Source: Eledone cirrhosa (taxonomy: Eukaryota). From it: a stretch of DNA of 64,000 nucleotides. This document shows positions 41,286 through 54,496 of this stretch, in pieces; within the stretch, counting starts at the first letter, position 1; each line of letters starts with the position of its first letter. Under the pieces are notes generated by a model. It made no database searches and was not told the DNA's origin. It was given only the letters and a program-made list of their open reading frames with translations. Location of the stretch: assembly GCA_964016885.1 (NCBI GenBank), contig OZ024741.1, positions 271,188,001 through 271,252,000 of the forward strand, in the 5' to 3' direction. Both the position numbers and the translations under genes were made by a program.

Positions 41286-41502
41286 AATATATATAAAAGA
41301 ATATATATATAAAAGAATATATATAAAAGAATATATATAAAAGAATATATATATAAAAGAATATATATACACACATATATATATATATATATGTATGCAT
41401 GTGTGTGTGTGTATGTGTGTGAGGCCGTATGCACATACACACAAACACACATACGTCACACATATACACGCAAAAATACAGAAAGACACACATACATATA
41501 GA

Positions 41503-41675
41503 TAATTGTTTCTACTTTTTGCACAAGGCCAGCAAATACCCAGTGTATTACTGGTACTTTATTTTATTGACCCCGTAAGGATGAAAGGCAAAGTTAACCT
41601 CGGCGGGATTTGAACTCAGATCGTAAAGGGACGTAACTACGACGTAACTACGACCCTCTACCAATACTGCCAATT
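41503..41675 (-). mobile_element. SINE family A
   Basis: aattgtttctact..gaccccgtaaggatgaaaggcaaagttaacctcggcgggatttgaactcag. Confidence 0.9.
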
Positions 41676-41904
41676 CACATATAGATAATAAAAGAGTTAC
41701 AGCTGGTAGACGGCAGGTTACAGGGGGAGGGGGGTGATAGAAGGGAGGGGGATACAAAAGAGAAAGAGACAGGCGATAGATAAATAGATATATGGAGAGA
41801 GTGAAAGAAGAGAGAGTGAGAGAAAGAGTGAGAGAGAGGGAGAGAGGGAGAAAGAGAGTGAGAGTTTGGATATGTATGTACATATACGCTTAATATGTAG
41901 GCAC

Positions 41905-41957
<53 letters not shown>

Positions 41958-42029
41958 TATATACCCATACTTGTATATACATCTCTATCTCTCTCTCTCT
42001 ATATATATATATATGTATATATTTATATG

Positions 42030-42075
<46 letters not shown>

Positions 42076-42180
42076 CATATACGTATATATATACATTTTA
42101 TATGCATACATACACACACACATATATCTATATATACATATACGTATATATATACATTTATATGTATATATGTATATATG

Positions 42181-42215
<35 letters not shown>

Positions 42216-42225
42216 ACACACAGGC

Positions 42226-42256
<31 letters not shown>

Positions 42257-42343
42257 CATATACGTATATATATACATTTATATGTATATATGTATATATG
42301 TGTATATATATATATATATATACATAGGCACACACACACACAC

Positions 42344-42376
<33 letters not shown>

Positions 42377-42808
42377 TATATACATGTGTGTGTGTGTGTA
42401 TGTGTGTGTGTACAGAGAGAGAGAGGGGAGAAAGTGACTGTGATACGGTGATATTACCCCCCTCAGGGGTAAGTATCGAATGTGAGAAGTTTTGGGTAAC
42501 ACAAATAACAAACAGGTTGAGGAAAAGAAGGGCTTCACGCTAAATAAACACACACACACACACAAACACATATATATATATATATATATTAAAGGGACCA
42601 GGCGTTGTTTCATGTCCTAATGGTGGAATATTTGACAAAGGAAGTAGTACTGTTGTTACTGTTGTTGTTATTTTTGTTGTCCGCCACCATCCCACTCCAT
42701 ACAGATGAGATGGATGACAAAGATGGAAGGGATTGTTTAAATTTTCATTCTTTTACTAGTTTCGGTATAATAGACTGCGGCCATCCTGGGCCTTGAACGT
42801 ATGCATAA

Positions 42809-42891
<83 letters not shown>

Positions 42892-42996
42892 TTCCTCAGT
42901 GAAATAACAACCCAACCAGGAACTGGGCATATCAGAGTATTGACAAGGTTATACACCTCAACAACATATGTACTTGTCTATACCACACTAATTCGG

Positions 42997-43051
42997 ACTG
43001 CCTGAAGAGGTCACAGCCAAAGATGGCTGTCACTGAAATATATATAGCAGT
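42997..43051 (+). ncRNA. Type I minimal hammerhead ribozyme
   Basis: actgc-CTGAAGA-ggt c acagcca aaga tggctgt c act-GAAA-tatata-TA-gcagt, then aataaa; perfect 5-bp stem I and long stem II. Confidence 0.8.
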
Positions 43052-43254
43052 AATAAACGAAGCTAAATTTTAAACATTTGATTTATTTATTTTATTTTAT
43101 ATATATATATATATATATTGTTATGCATGGGGAGGTCATATTGTTATAATATTGCCAGAAATAATAACAGGTTATTGAAAGACACTGTTTTCTTTTCGAC
43201 ACACGAGTTCATATCAAAAACCTTGCAAAACAATATATATATATATATATATAT

Positions 43255-44032
43255 AAACATAAATTATCGAGATTCGCATTTCGGCCCACGAAATAACCAA
43301 AAACAACCTCCGAGATGTGCGGCAAGTGCTCAATGATTCAGATGAACCAGAGCTATAACAAATGTTAAAGGCCAAACACACTGAGACGATGGTTAAACAA
43401 TCATTCGCATAGCCAAAAAAAACGATCAAGTAATTCGGGTATTGAAAATTTACCCGGACCCCTGGAAGGTTGGTAAAATCCAGTATATGGGTTTCTGCGG
43501 CTCCTAAATCAAGTACCATCCGTTTACATAAAAAATGTCAGGCTTCTGGTAAGATGATTGAACAAGGAAGCCACTTTCTCAACAGTTTTTAGTTCAATGT
43601 TAATACAAGGACTGACTATTGCTGACCCCACGTGGGGATCGGCAAGGGAGGCAACCCTATATCAGGCGAATGAATTCAGTTGTGTATATTTTTGCAAGAA
43701 TGCAAAAACATCACAAATCGAATAGAGTTCTCAACAGAAGGGTTAAAATAAACATAAGCTATTCATGAGTCAATAGAATCAACTAAAAAATCAAGAAAAT
43801 TAACTGGTCAATAGCTAGAGTCTGGAGAATAATACAAACATAAATTATCGAGATTCGCATTTCGGCCCACGAAATAACGAACAACAACCTCCGAGATGTG
43901 CGGCAAGTGCTCAATGATTCAGATGAACCAGAGCTATTACAAACGTTAAAGGCCAAACACACTGAGACGATGGTTAAACAATAATTCGCATAGCCCAAAA
44001 AACGATCAAGTAATTCGGGTATTGAAAATTTA
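43255..44032. mobile_element. Unclassified element with ~195-bp terminal direct repeats (pLTR-like)
   Basis: aacataaattatcgagattcgc...gggtattgaaaattt at ~43256 and ~43838; diverged single copy at 57153-57330. Confidence 0.6.
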
Positions 44033-44290
44033 TATATATTGTTTTGTATATTCTTGCGTGTATATTCTTTTCATTCTCGCAAGCTCCGATGAACTGACTG
44101 GTTATAACTTTGTATTGGCGATCGAGTAACGTGAAAATAAGCGGATAGCGATCTCTAGACCTACCAGTTCAGAGAAACAGTTGTCAGCAATGAGATTAAA
44201 AACCTTTTTTGTATAGCAAACCGTGTCACTCTTCTTTCCTGATTTATTATATATATATATATATGTGTGTGTGTGCGTGTGTGTGTGTGT

Positions 44291-44363
<73 letters not shown>

Positions 44364-44819
44364 TGTGTTCATAATTACTCCCGCCAACAAGAAATAGTTT
44401 GAACGTAAATGCCAGCCAACAATTCTCCGAGTGCTAACAAAATGTATATTTGTAATTGAGCGGTTGCACTTCGTTGTGTCCCGGACCCAATGGGTTTCTG
44501 CAAGTACATGCAAGTTGCAAGTACAGACTGCACTAAGAGATGCAACTCGCAATCTACCAGTTACAGTGGCAGCATAAGTGCATACCAAAATGCTGCAATG
44601 CTTCGTCAGCGGATTTACTAAATAGCGAGCGACGTGACGTAGCCCGTCCAGTCACGTGTGTCGCTTAATTACTATTACTTTGGCTGAGGTCGTTGGCAGC
44701 AAGTAGTGACGTCACGGGTAGTAGAATGTAGGTATATATGCACGTATAGTTGCGTAAATGTAAATGTCTACATAAATTGCATCTCGCATTCAAAGAGCAG
44801 CAAACTCTTTTGGTTCTCT

Positions 44820-45445
44820 TAAGGATCTAGTGTGGTCACAACGACACATTAAGGCCAGCTCCCAAACTCTGGTCTATCGTGTATTTGTACTGTTCTCCCT
44901 CTTCTTTATTCTTCAGGAAACATGGATTGTTTACAACCACCACAGAATATATTAAGAGCACTTTCATCAAAAGTGCCTCCACCAAATTCTTAGGATTAGC
45001 TGGGAATTGCTTACATCAGACACAGAAGTTATAGAAAGATCTGAAATGTTACCATTGGTTTCCAATCAACTGAGGTGGACTGGTCACTTAATACGGATGG
45101 GAGATAAGTGCATCCTGAGCAGAGGTTTAACGGTAAGCTATCTTTTGGGAAGCGAAAACACTGCAAAACCAAAAAGAAAAAAAAATGAATAGAAAATTAA
45201 AAAAAAACGGTATAAATTCTTGCTAAAGATGAGTCTTAAGGAATTGAATATACCATACAAAGCCGTTGAATTTGTTGCTCTTGACAGAAATAAATGGCGA
45301 AAAAATGACCTGTTCAAGGGAGAAGATTTTGTAAAAGACAACGAAAGGATGCAAAAATGAAAAGAGAACTACGGAAAAATAACAATTTACTAAACAGAAA
45401 AATAGATCCGTCGTTCAGCTGTCCAACGTGTGGCAAAACTTTCTG
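44820..45445 (+). mobile_element. RTE (BovB-like) LINE 3' fragment
   Basis: ETW..Y, HQKCLHQILRISW, QLRWTGHLIRMGD, ALDRNKWR, FSCPTCGK across frameshifts. Confidence 0.8.
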
Positions 45446-45489
45446 TTTGGTTCTGGCCATGCCAATTGTGTAGCCGTACTCACCAAGCT

Positions 45490-45880
45490 TGGCCACTTGC
45501 TGATGGCTGCCCACTTGCGGGTGGGTGGTTACTCGGGGTGGGTGGCCACTTGCTGATGGATGGCCACATGCTGATGGATGGCCACTTACGGGTGGGTGTT
45601 TACTTGGGGTGGATGGCCACTTGCAGTTGGGTGGCTACTCGGGGTGGATGGTAACTTACGGGTGGGTGGTCACTTGGGGTGGATGGCCACTTGCGGTTGG
45701 GTGGCTACTCGGGGTGGATGACCACTGGGGGTAGGTGTTTACTTGGGGTGGATGGCCACTTGCGGTTGGGTGGCTACTCGGGGTGGAAGGCCACTTACGG
45801 GTGGGTGGTCACTTGGGGTGGATGGCCACTTGCGGTTGGGTCGCTACTCGGGGTGGATGACCACTGGGGGTGGGGGTGGC
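45490..45880. repeat. ~34-bp GC-rich minisatellite
   Basis: Unit ggatggccacttgcggttgggtggctactcggggt with alternating variants. Confidence 0.9.
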
Positions 45881-45899
45881 TGTTGACTCCTAGGGGTTA

Positions 45900-46070
45900 A
45901 TCTGTCCATTTAACAGTTCTTGTTTTTTTTTGTGTTGCTGGGGTTTTACTTACTCTCTTCAACAGACCAGCGTCTGATGGGGGAGCCGGTTTAGTAGCTG
46001 ACCACTCGACCAAGAAGTAAGTTGTACTGGGTTTCATGGTACCAGTAGCAGATAGAAGCCTGACCTGACC
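45900..46070 (-). mobile_element. Structured terminal motif of RTE-related element (copy 3, most diverged)
   Basis: gccggtttagtagctgaccactcgaccaagaagtaagttgtactgggtttcatggtaccagtagc..cctgacctgac aligns with 895-977 and 24881-24963. Confidence 0.6.
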
Positions 46071-46081
46071 ATATATACACC

Positions 46082-47577
46082 ATAGTCTAACTGTAACTGT
46101 TGACTACCCTTCCAAACACCCTAACAGTAGACTATCTGTATTAGACACTCAACTCTGGATTAATACTATAGACGAGAGGGCCCAAATTCTCCACTCACAC
46201 TACGTTAAACCCATAGCCTCCAAATACCTGATACTCAAAAACTCAGCAATGTCCAGTAGTGTTAAGTTTAATATTCTGATCGCAGACTTGGTACGAGTGA
46301 TGAAGAACGTGTCCCGCGTGTGCGACCCAACAAAAATGGAAAGACACATCCAACACTTCATCAACCGCATGCAGTTCTCTGGCTACAACCAAAGAGACAG
46401 AATCAGAATATACAAAGGAGCCACGGAGAAGTATAAGACCCTCATAGAAATGGACATGAAAGGAATTTGCCCATTATACAGGAGCAAATCATGGAATAGC
46501 TTAGATAGGACTAAACATAAGATAGAGAAAGCCACTTCATGGTATGACAACCAGAGATACCAGAGTGTCATGTTCGTGGATGCTACCCCTGGGGGAAAAT
46601 TAGCTAACCAATGTAGAAAGGCCCTCAGAAAGACCCACTTAAAGATTAAAGTGGTAGAAAGGAACAACCATAAAATACCTGATCAGCAAAACATACCCCT
46701 TTAAGAAAACCCACTGTACTAATAAGAAATGTGTTATATGTAAAGTGAACCCCCAGATAAACTGTAAAACTAGAAATGTAGTCTATATGTACAGAGAGTA
46801 CTTGCAGAAACATGAAAATGACATACAAAGGTGAGATAGCTCGAAGCATAGGAGAAAGAATAGATCAACACTGGGTCGAATTAAAAGGACAAAAAACAGT
46901 TCAGTACTATACGAACACGCCAGACAAACACATGACGGTAATATAGACAACATAGAAATTAAAATAATATCTAAACATAGAAATGACCCAACAGGTAAGC
47001 AAATCAGTGAAGCGAGTGAAATAGTGCTTAGAAAACCAAAGTTAAACAGAAAAAACGAATAGAATAACAACAAGAACCATACCCAAACAAACAAAACTGA
47101 CTTAAGGGAAATATAAATAAATAAATAAATATATATATATACGCAAGTACAATAACAACAAACACATATAAACACACTAGTAAACAAAGATAGAATACAA
47201 AAACCAAAACACATACACTCAAACGCGAACACGCACACCAAACATTATACACACACGCAAACGCATGCGCAGAGACGGAGATAAAAATAAATAAATAAAT
47301 AAAATAAAAATGGCGTAGACATTACAATACAATAGGAGGGAACATAATAGTACCACTGATGATGTTGCAGATGTGCAACGAAAGAACTTTGTTAGACTAA
47401 TATATATATTTATATCTGTATTTCTAACCGTTGGTCGGTCAATGATAAACATTGATTGCCTAATAAATTAACTATGGAGATGTAAAAGATACAGAAGCGA
47501 AAAGCAACCAACCAGTGAGTGTGTTCTGTTATTATTTCTGGCAATATTATTACAACAATATGACCCTCCCCAAGTAT

Positions 47578-47583
<6 letters not shown>
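46082..47583 (+). mobile_element. Penelope-like element, 5'-truncated: RT thumb, Cys-rich linker, GIY-YIG endonuclease, pLTR with hammerhead
   Basis: TVDYPSKHPNSRLSVLDTQLW, HYVKPIAS, RMQFSGY, VMFVDATPGGKLA, CVICK..CKTRNVVY..TYKGEIARSIGER..QH, EH...H; ends at (TA)n. Confidence 0.92.
47351..47394 (+). ncRNA. Hammerhead motif in the 3' region of the PLE
   Basis: tacca-CTGATGA-t-gttgca gatg tgcaac-GAAA-gaac-TT-tg; conserved in the second copy at 22864-22907(-). Confidence 0.7.
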
Positions 47584-47615
<32 letters not shown>

Positions 47616-47702
47616 GTGGTAACACAACAGTGTTACCATTTGTACCTAACTCGTCCCATGGACTGAGTGCTCTACCACTACGGATATTACCTTCCAGTGT
47701 TC

Positions 47703-47809
<107 letters not shown>

Positions 47810-48024
47810 ATACATCTATGTATATACAGAGCAGAAGAAACCGAGGCTGCGTAAATGTGTTTATAAGTTTGCCAATCTTTAGCATATATACATGTAAACA
47901 CATCAGATATACGTATTTCTATGTAAATTGGAAAAATGGTAAACACCTTTAATCGGTTTAAAGTAATATATTAATTAACTACTAGCATGAGCGTTAGTAA
48001 TATGCAAATTAGTAGGTCTATTTC

Positions 48025-48290
48025 AACAGACTAAGATCTGGTGTTTGGACGTGCAAAAGTAAATCTGGCAAAATGGGGATATTTAAAGGATGGGAAGGTC
48101 GTGTGTGACTGCGGCATCGAACTACAGACTATGCAGCACCTCCTGATATACCCCCTGCTAGAACACCCCTGCACAGTATTGGACTTGGCATAGTTGAATG
48201 AGAAAGGACAGCAATGTGTTCAGCTGTGGCAGAACCACATCTAACAAAGATTTGTAACTGACACTCTTGTGGACACGATGAGAAGAGGAA
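48025..48290 (+). mobile_element. Ingi/Vingi-like LINE 3' fragment
   Basis: GRAKVNLAKWGYL..VCDCGIELQTMQHLL (C-terminal CCHC-type region), ending ggacacgatgagaagagg. Confidence 0.6.
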
Positions 48291-48302
48291 TATACTATTA
48301 TG

Positions 48303-48485
48303 TGATTTGGCAGTATCGGTAGAGAGTCGGACACTATGCTTTCCAGCATAGTTACACCCCTTTACGATCTCAGTTCAAATGCCGCCGAGGTTAACTTTGC
48401 CTTTCATCCTTACGGGGTCGATAAAATAAAGTACCAGTAATGTACTGGATAATAGCTCGCCTTGTGCCAAAAGTAGAAACAATTA
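48303..48485 (+). mobile_element. SINE family A
   Basis: tggcagtatcggtagag..cagttcaaatgccgccgaggttaactttgcctttcatccttacggggtcgataaa. Confidence 0.9.
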
Positions 48486-48539
48486 TGTGATAAAGTATAT
48501 AAGCTCGTATTTCCTTATGGTTGATTAAATGATATACAG

Positions 48540-48587
48540 GCCTTCTGATGATGAAAGTCCACCTAGGCTTGAAAATCAGTTAAAGGT
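48540..48587 (+). ncRNA. Hammerhead-like motif in right arm of a split inverted repeat
   Basis: gcctt-CTGATGA(tga)-aagtc caccta ggctt-GAAA-atcagt-TA-aaggt. Confidence 0.55.
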
Positions 48588-49857
48588 GTTTATCATTTCT
48601 TCAATTTATAGAGAAATACGTATATTTGGCATGCTTACATGTGTATAAACATTTATATAAACATTTATACAGTCTCGATTACTTCTATTTTGTATATATA
48701 CTGATATCACTTTATGATATACTTCGGCTGCTTACCGCACAACATATATACAAACATACAAATGTATATACATATTTATATGGTCGTTGAACCATATCAA
48801 CAACTTTATAATTTGTCTTGTGTAACCTCTGCTTAAAGGCAAAATGCTGTCGGGTGACACCATACCAGCCTGAGTTACAATTATGTAACAACAACGCGCT
48901 GGCGTTGCAGAAATGCGCATAACACAATAAGGAATTATGAGTAGCTTCATTCTGTTTATATATGTCAATATAAGGATCTTTTTTGCCATTTTTATAACAA
49001 TTGAATGAATCATTATTGAGTTCACAATTCCAAGTAAAATGTGATATCTATAGTTCAGTTCCTTCAGACACTAAAACTAAAAAGATTCTGTTTATCTTTG
49101 ATTCTTCACTAGTGTTGTTGATGTTGATGTTGTCGTGTCCAGTCATGATGTTTGTAGTAAATCCATGTAAGGCGAATTCAATATTTAGGCGGATATTTCT
49201 ACGATTTCGAGTCAAAGGCGTCTTCAATGAATATCACCATAAGAATATCCAGTTATTCAACACGGCTGGTAGTTGTGGTATTATTGTCGGAGATCGTATT
49301 AATCTTTAATTTTATGAATAGTCTGCCACACCATAAGTATGACTGCTCCCGTCATAGATGTATATACGTATGTATGTATGAATGTATGTATGTATGCATG
49401 CATGTATATATGTATGTATGTATATGTACGTATGTATATATGTGTATGTGTAATTGTATATATCTATGTGTGTATGTATGTATGTGTATGTATGTGTGTA
49501 TGTATATATGTGTATGTATGTGGGTATGTATGCATATATATATATGTGTATGTGTATGTGTGTATTATTGTTTTACATGTTTACTTCCTGTCCGCCAGCT
49601 ACACCAAACAAACAATAGAAAAGATGCACTGAGCAGAGATTTGGTGGGAAATGGAGAGAATATGGAAGAGTGGGGAGAGGAGGAGGAGAAGGGGAGAGGG
49701 GGAGAGGGAGGGGGAGAAGGGGAGAGGGGGAGAGGGAGAGGGAGGGAGAGAGTGGGGAGGATGGAGAGAAAGAGAAGGTATTAGATTCTGTCCCATCAAA
49801 ACCACTAAGAATCTTGCGTTGGTGCTAGAAACAGTAGCTAGGTCTCCCTCAAATCAT

Positions 49858-50222
49858 TTCTTCTTCTTCTTCTTCTTCTTCTTCTTCTTCTTCTTCTTCT
49901 TCTTCTTCTTCTTCTTCTTCTTCTTCTTCTTCTTCTTCACCCAGTTATTCCTGAGAGGGTCGTGGGGTCAGTCGTCAAACACTCCTCCCAGCGGGTCCTG
50001 TCAGAAGCAACCGTCTCCAACTGATCCAGCTGGATCCCCAAGAGAGACCAGCCAAGCTCATGGATGTTATCCAGCCATCTTGTTCGGGGTCGGCCCCTGG
50101 GTCTCCTGTCAGTTGGTTTTGCCCGTAAAATCTGTCCATCGATTCTTTCCTGAGACATTCTGACCAGATGTTCACAGTATCGGAGATGGGATCCACCAAT
50201 TCGGAGAAGTAGCGGCTCTACC
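49858..50222 (-). mobile_element. RTE LINE 3' fragment with (GAA)n tail
   Basis: LLRI..SHLRYCEHLVRMSQERI..QILRAKPTDRRPRGRPRTRWLDNI; related fragment at 56275-56385(+). Confidence 0.8.
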
Positions 50223-51433
50223 TGGTGATGGTGGTGCTGGTAGTGGCGGTGGCGGCGGTGTTGTATGGTGGTGGTGATGGTGGTGGCGATCTTGTGTGGT
50301 GGTGGTGGTGGTGGTGTGTGGGTCGGTGTGGGTATGTGTGTGGTGGTGGTGGTAGTGGTGGTGGTGATGGTGGTGGTAATGGTATGGTGATGGTGTGTAG
50401 TGGTGGTGGAGGTCATGGTGTGTAGTGGTGGTGGTGGTGGTGGTGATGGTGTGGTGATGGTGTTGTGGTGGTGTGGTGGAGGTGGTGGTCATGGTGGTGG
50501 TGGTATGTGGGGATTGTTGTGGTGTGTAGTGGTGGTGTGGTGGTGATGGTGTGGTGGTGGTGGTGATGTCTTGATGGCGTGGTGAAGGTGGTGTGGTGTG
50601 GTGGTGGTGTGTTGTGGTGTGGTGGTGGTGTGGTGGTGTGGTGAAGGTGAGGGGTGTAAGACAGACATTTCCTATCGCAAGAAGAGGGTGTTTACGGATG
50701 TTATTTTGATGATAAGACACCCCACCCCATTGACACCACATACACATACACACATACTCACACATACAAACATACACATACACACTTATATACACATATA
50801 CACGTACACACATACATACACATATATATACACACACAGATACACGTACGCGCGCATACACACAAATACATATACATAAACGCATGCACAAATACACACA
50901 TACACATACGCATACACACAATACACAAACAGATACACATACACACACACATATATATACACATACACACAAATACACATACACACAAATGCGCATACAC
51001 GCACATACACATACACACACTTACACATACACATATATACACACATGTACACATACATACACATACACGCAGACACACATACACCGCACACAGACACACA
51101 CGCACTAACATAAGCACATACTTTCACACACTCACGCAAATACACAAACATTGAATGTGACATACATGTATATAAATGCATGCAACTACACACACACACA
51201 CAGACACATACACACACACACAAATACACATAAATACACACACACAAACACACACAGACACGCAGACACAAACACATAAATACACACACACACATGTACA
51301 CATATATGCACACACACACACGTTGGCATGCTTGCACATATTCACATTAACGTTTATGTAATACATATTTACACACTTTAGTACACATACACACCCTCTT
51401 CTATCACACACACACACACACACACACACACAA

Positions 51434-51481
<48 letters not shown>

Positions 51482-52199
51482 GAGTAGATGCAAACACACA
51501 CACATATATATATATATAGACGCCCGCAATCTAATGCATACGTAAACGTCTACTGCCACTTTCTCACACATATAAGAGAAAGAAAGGGAGAGGAAAGAGA
51601 GGAGAGAGAGAGAGACAGGAGAGAGAGGGGGAGAAAGCTTTGAGAAAGAGGGAGAGAGAGAGAGGGATAGTGAGTGTTGAAAGAGAGCGAGAGGGAGATG
51701 GAGGGAGAGAGAGAGGGGTGAACGGAGGGTGAGAGTGAGGAGAGAGAGAGAGAGAAAAAGGTGAGAGAGAGAGAGAGACAGGAGAGAGAGGGGGAGAGAG
51801 CTTTGAGAAAGAGGGAGAGAGAGAGGGATAGTGAGTGTTGAAAGAGAGCGAGAGGGAAATGGAGGGAGATGGAGGGAGAGAGAGAGGGGGGTGAACGGAG
51901 GGTGAGAGTGAGGAGAGAGAGAGAAAGGTGAGAGAGAGAAAGGAGTGTGAAGAGAGACAGAGAGGAGAGAGAAAGGGAGAGAGAAGGAGAGAAAGAATTG
52001 GAGGGAGAAGAGGAGAGAGAGAGCATCCTTTCTCCTCAGTCTGTCTGTCTGTCTGTCTGTCTATAAGAATCAACTCAAAATAAATATTTATCAATAGTTA
52101 TATGGGTGGAGTAGGGTGAAGGTGAAGACTGAGACTAGAGTGGGTGTGGTGTAGGTGGTATGATAAAGCTATGGGGGTCAGGTGTAGAGTAGAAAAAGT

Positions 52200-52605
52200 C
52201 TAAAGTTTGTCACGAGCCCGGAGGTTCATGAGGCCGGCTCTTACCCTGGTTTCCCTGATGTGAAGCGATTAAGGGTACAAAATTCCTTCCTGGATAGGAC
52301 GCCAGTCCATCACTAAGTTAAAGTCTATTTCGAGCCCAGAGACTCATTACGTCGATGCTTATCCTGGTTTCCCTGACGAGAAGCGACTGAGAGTACAAGA
52401 CTCCCCAACCTAGACAGGATGCCAGTCCATCACAGGGTTAAACCTCCATTTATTGCTGGTACTCATTTTCAGCTGAGTATACTGGAGCAACGTGAAATGA
52501 AGTGTTTTGCTCAAGAACACAACACACAACCCAGTCCAGGAATCGAACCCACGATATTATGATCGAAAGTCCAACACCCTTACCACGAAACCGCTCGCCT
52601 CCACT
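52200..52605 (-). mobile_element. SINE family B (CORE-like) with partial 3' duplication
   Basis: ttttcagctgagtatactggagcaacgtgaaatgaagtgttttgctcaagaacacaac..ggaatcgaaccc; the cgagccc..cctggtttccctga..gccagtccatcac block occurs twice. Confidence 0.85.
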
Positions 52606-52662
52606 GGTGGGGTGTACATGTTAGTGTAGTGTTAAAAGTAGAAACAATTATTATTAATCAGC

Positions 52663-52975
52663 AGGTTCAAATCCCGCCGAGGTTAACTTTGCCTTTCATC
52701 CTTACGGGGTCGATAAAATAAAGTACCAGTAATACACTGGGTAATTGCTGGCCTTGTGCCAAATGTAGAAACAATTATTAATCAGGTGGTTGTGCTGGAT
52801 AGCCAAAATCGATAGAGCATCGGGCAAAGTGCCTCACAGTATTTGTTTCAGCTCTTTACGGCAGTTTAAATTCTGCGGAGGTCAACTTTGCCTTTCATCC
52901 TTCTGGGGTCGATAAAATAAAGTACCACTCAAATAGTAGGATCGATTTAAATCGATTTCCCCTCCCCCCAAATTG
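52663..52975 (+). mobile_element. Two adjacent family-A-type SINEs (truncated copy plus older subfamily)
   Basis: Both contain aactttgcctttcatcctt..ggggtcgataaaataaagtacca. Confidence 0.85.
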
Positions 52976-54496
52976 TGCCTAACTCATTCCACTCCACCCC
53001 ACTGTACATCTATTCCACATCCGCTCCACCCCACTCCACATCTACTCCACATCTACTGTACGTCCACTCCACATCTACTCCACACCCACTCCACACCCCA
53101 CTCCACATCCACTCCACATCCACTCCACATCCACTCTACACCTCATTCCACATCCACTCCACACCCCACTCCCTTCCACTCGACATCCACTCCACATCCA
53201 CTCCACCCCACTGTACATCATAGGGTGAAGAGTACATCTATCACTTGGTTAATTAATTCATTGTCAAAGTTCTTTCATCACAACCTGTGACTTTATCAAT
53301 GCCTCCTAATGCGTGGAGTAGATGGTATGTTGGAGTGAATAGAGTGGAGGCTGGCTAAAGGCTGGGAGGTGGAGTGAAGATGATGTGAAATGCAAATGCA
53401 GTGAAGCTGGAGAGGAGGTGATGTGGAGGTGGAGTGGGGTGGAGTGGGAGTGGATTGTAGGTGGAGTGGAGATGGAGTGGAGGTGGAGTGCAGGTGGACT
53501 GCAGGTGGAATGGGGGTGGAGTGCAGGTGGAGTGGAGGTGGAGAGAAGGTGGAGTGGAATTGGTGTTGAGGTGGAGGGGATGTGGAGTTGATGTTGAGCG
53601 GAGGTAGAATTGTGGCTGGAGGGGAGGTGGTGAGAGGTGAATAGGGGGTGGAGTGAATGTGTATTGGACTGGATGAAGTGTAGCTACCATTCAGGTAGAG
53701 TGGCGGTTGAGTTGAGATATAGTAGAGGTAGAGTGGAGGTGGAGTGGAGGTAGAATTGAGTTGGTGTTGAGGTATACTGGAGGTAGAGTGGAGGTTGAGT
53801 GGAGGTGGAATGAAGGTAGAGTGGGTGGAGTATATGGAGTGGATCTTGAGTGAAGGTAGAATGAAGATGATGTGGGCTTGAAGTGCAGGTAGAGGGTGGG
53901 TGGCGTGGAGGTGCAGTGGATATGAAATTGAGGTCGATTGGAGGTGGAGTGGATATGAAATTGAGGTCGATTGGAGGTGGAGTAAAGGTCGAGTGTAGGT
54001 GGAGTGTAGGTGGAGTGTGGTGGAGTGGAGGTGGGCTATAGTTGAATCTGAGGTATATGGGGTGAGCGGAGGGGGGGGGGGGGCTTGATTGGCTAGAGTG
54101 GGGGTGTAAGGTATCCATTTCACCCCACTCCACCCTCATCCACCTCTACTCAACTCCCCCTCCAATCCACCACCACACCACCTCCACTCTATTTACTCCC
54201 CCACTCCATTTACTCCAACTTGGTGTCTACACTTCATCCAATCCACCCCCACTCAATCCAGATAACCTCTCTTTAAATGTCTACATCATCTCTCACCTCT
54301 CCCTCCTCCTCCATGACACACAGTCACACACATATACACACTCACACACATACAGTCTCACACACAGTCACACACATATACACACATGCACACACAGCCA
54401 CACACACAAAGTGACCCAGTAACACATACACACACACATACACACCTACTAAGATAAACTAAGTGTGAAATAAAAGTCGGCTCTACCACTAACATT

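Noticed and set aside
43600-43680. Possible HDV-like ribozyme (ccacgtgg ... ggcgaatg)
   Set aside because: I could not assign P1, P2 and P3 pairings in the required nested order.
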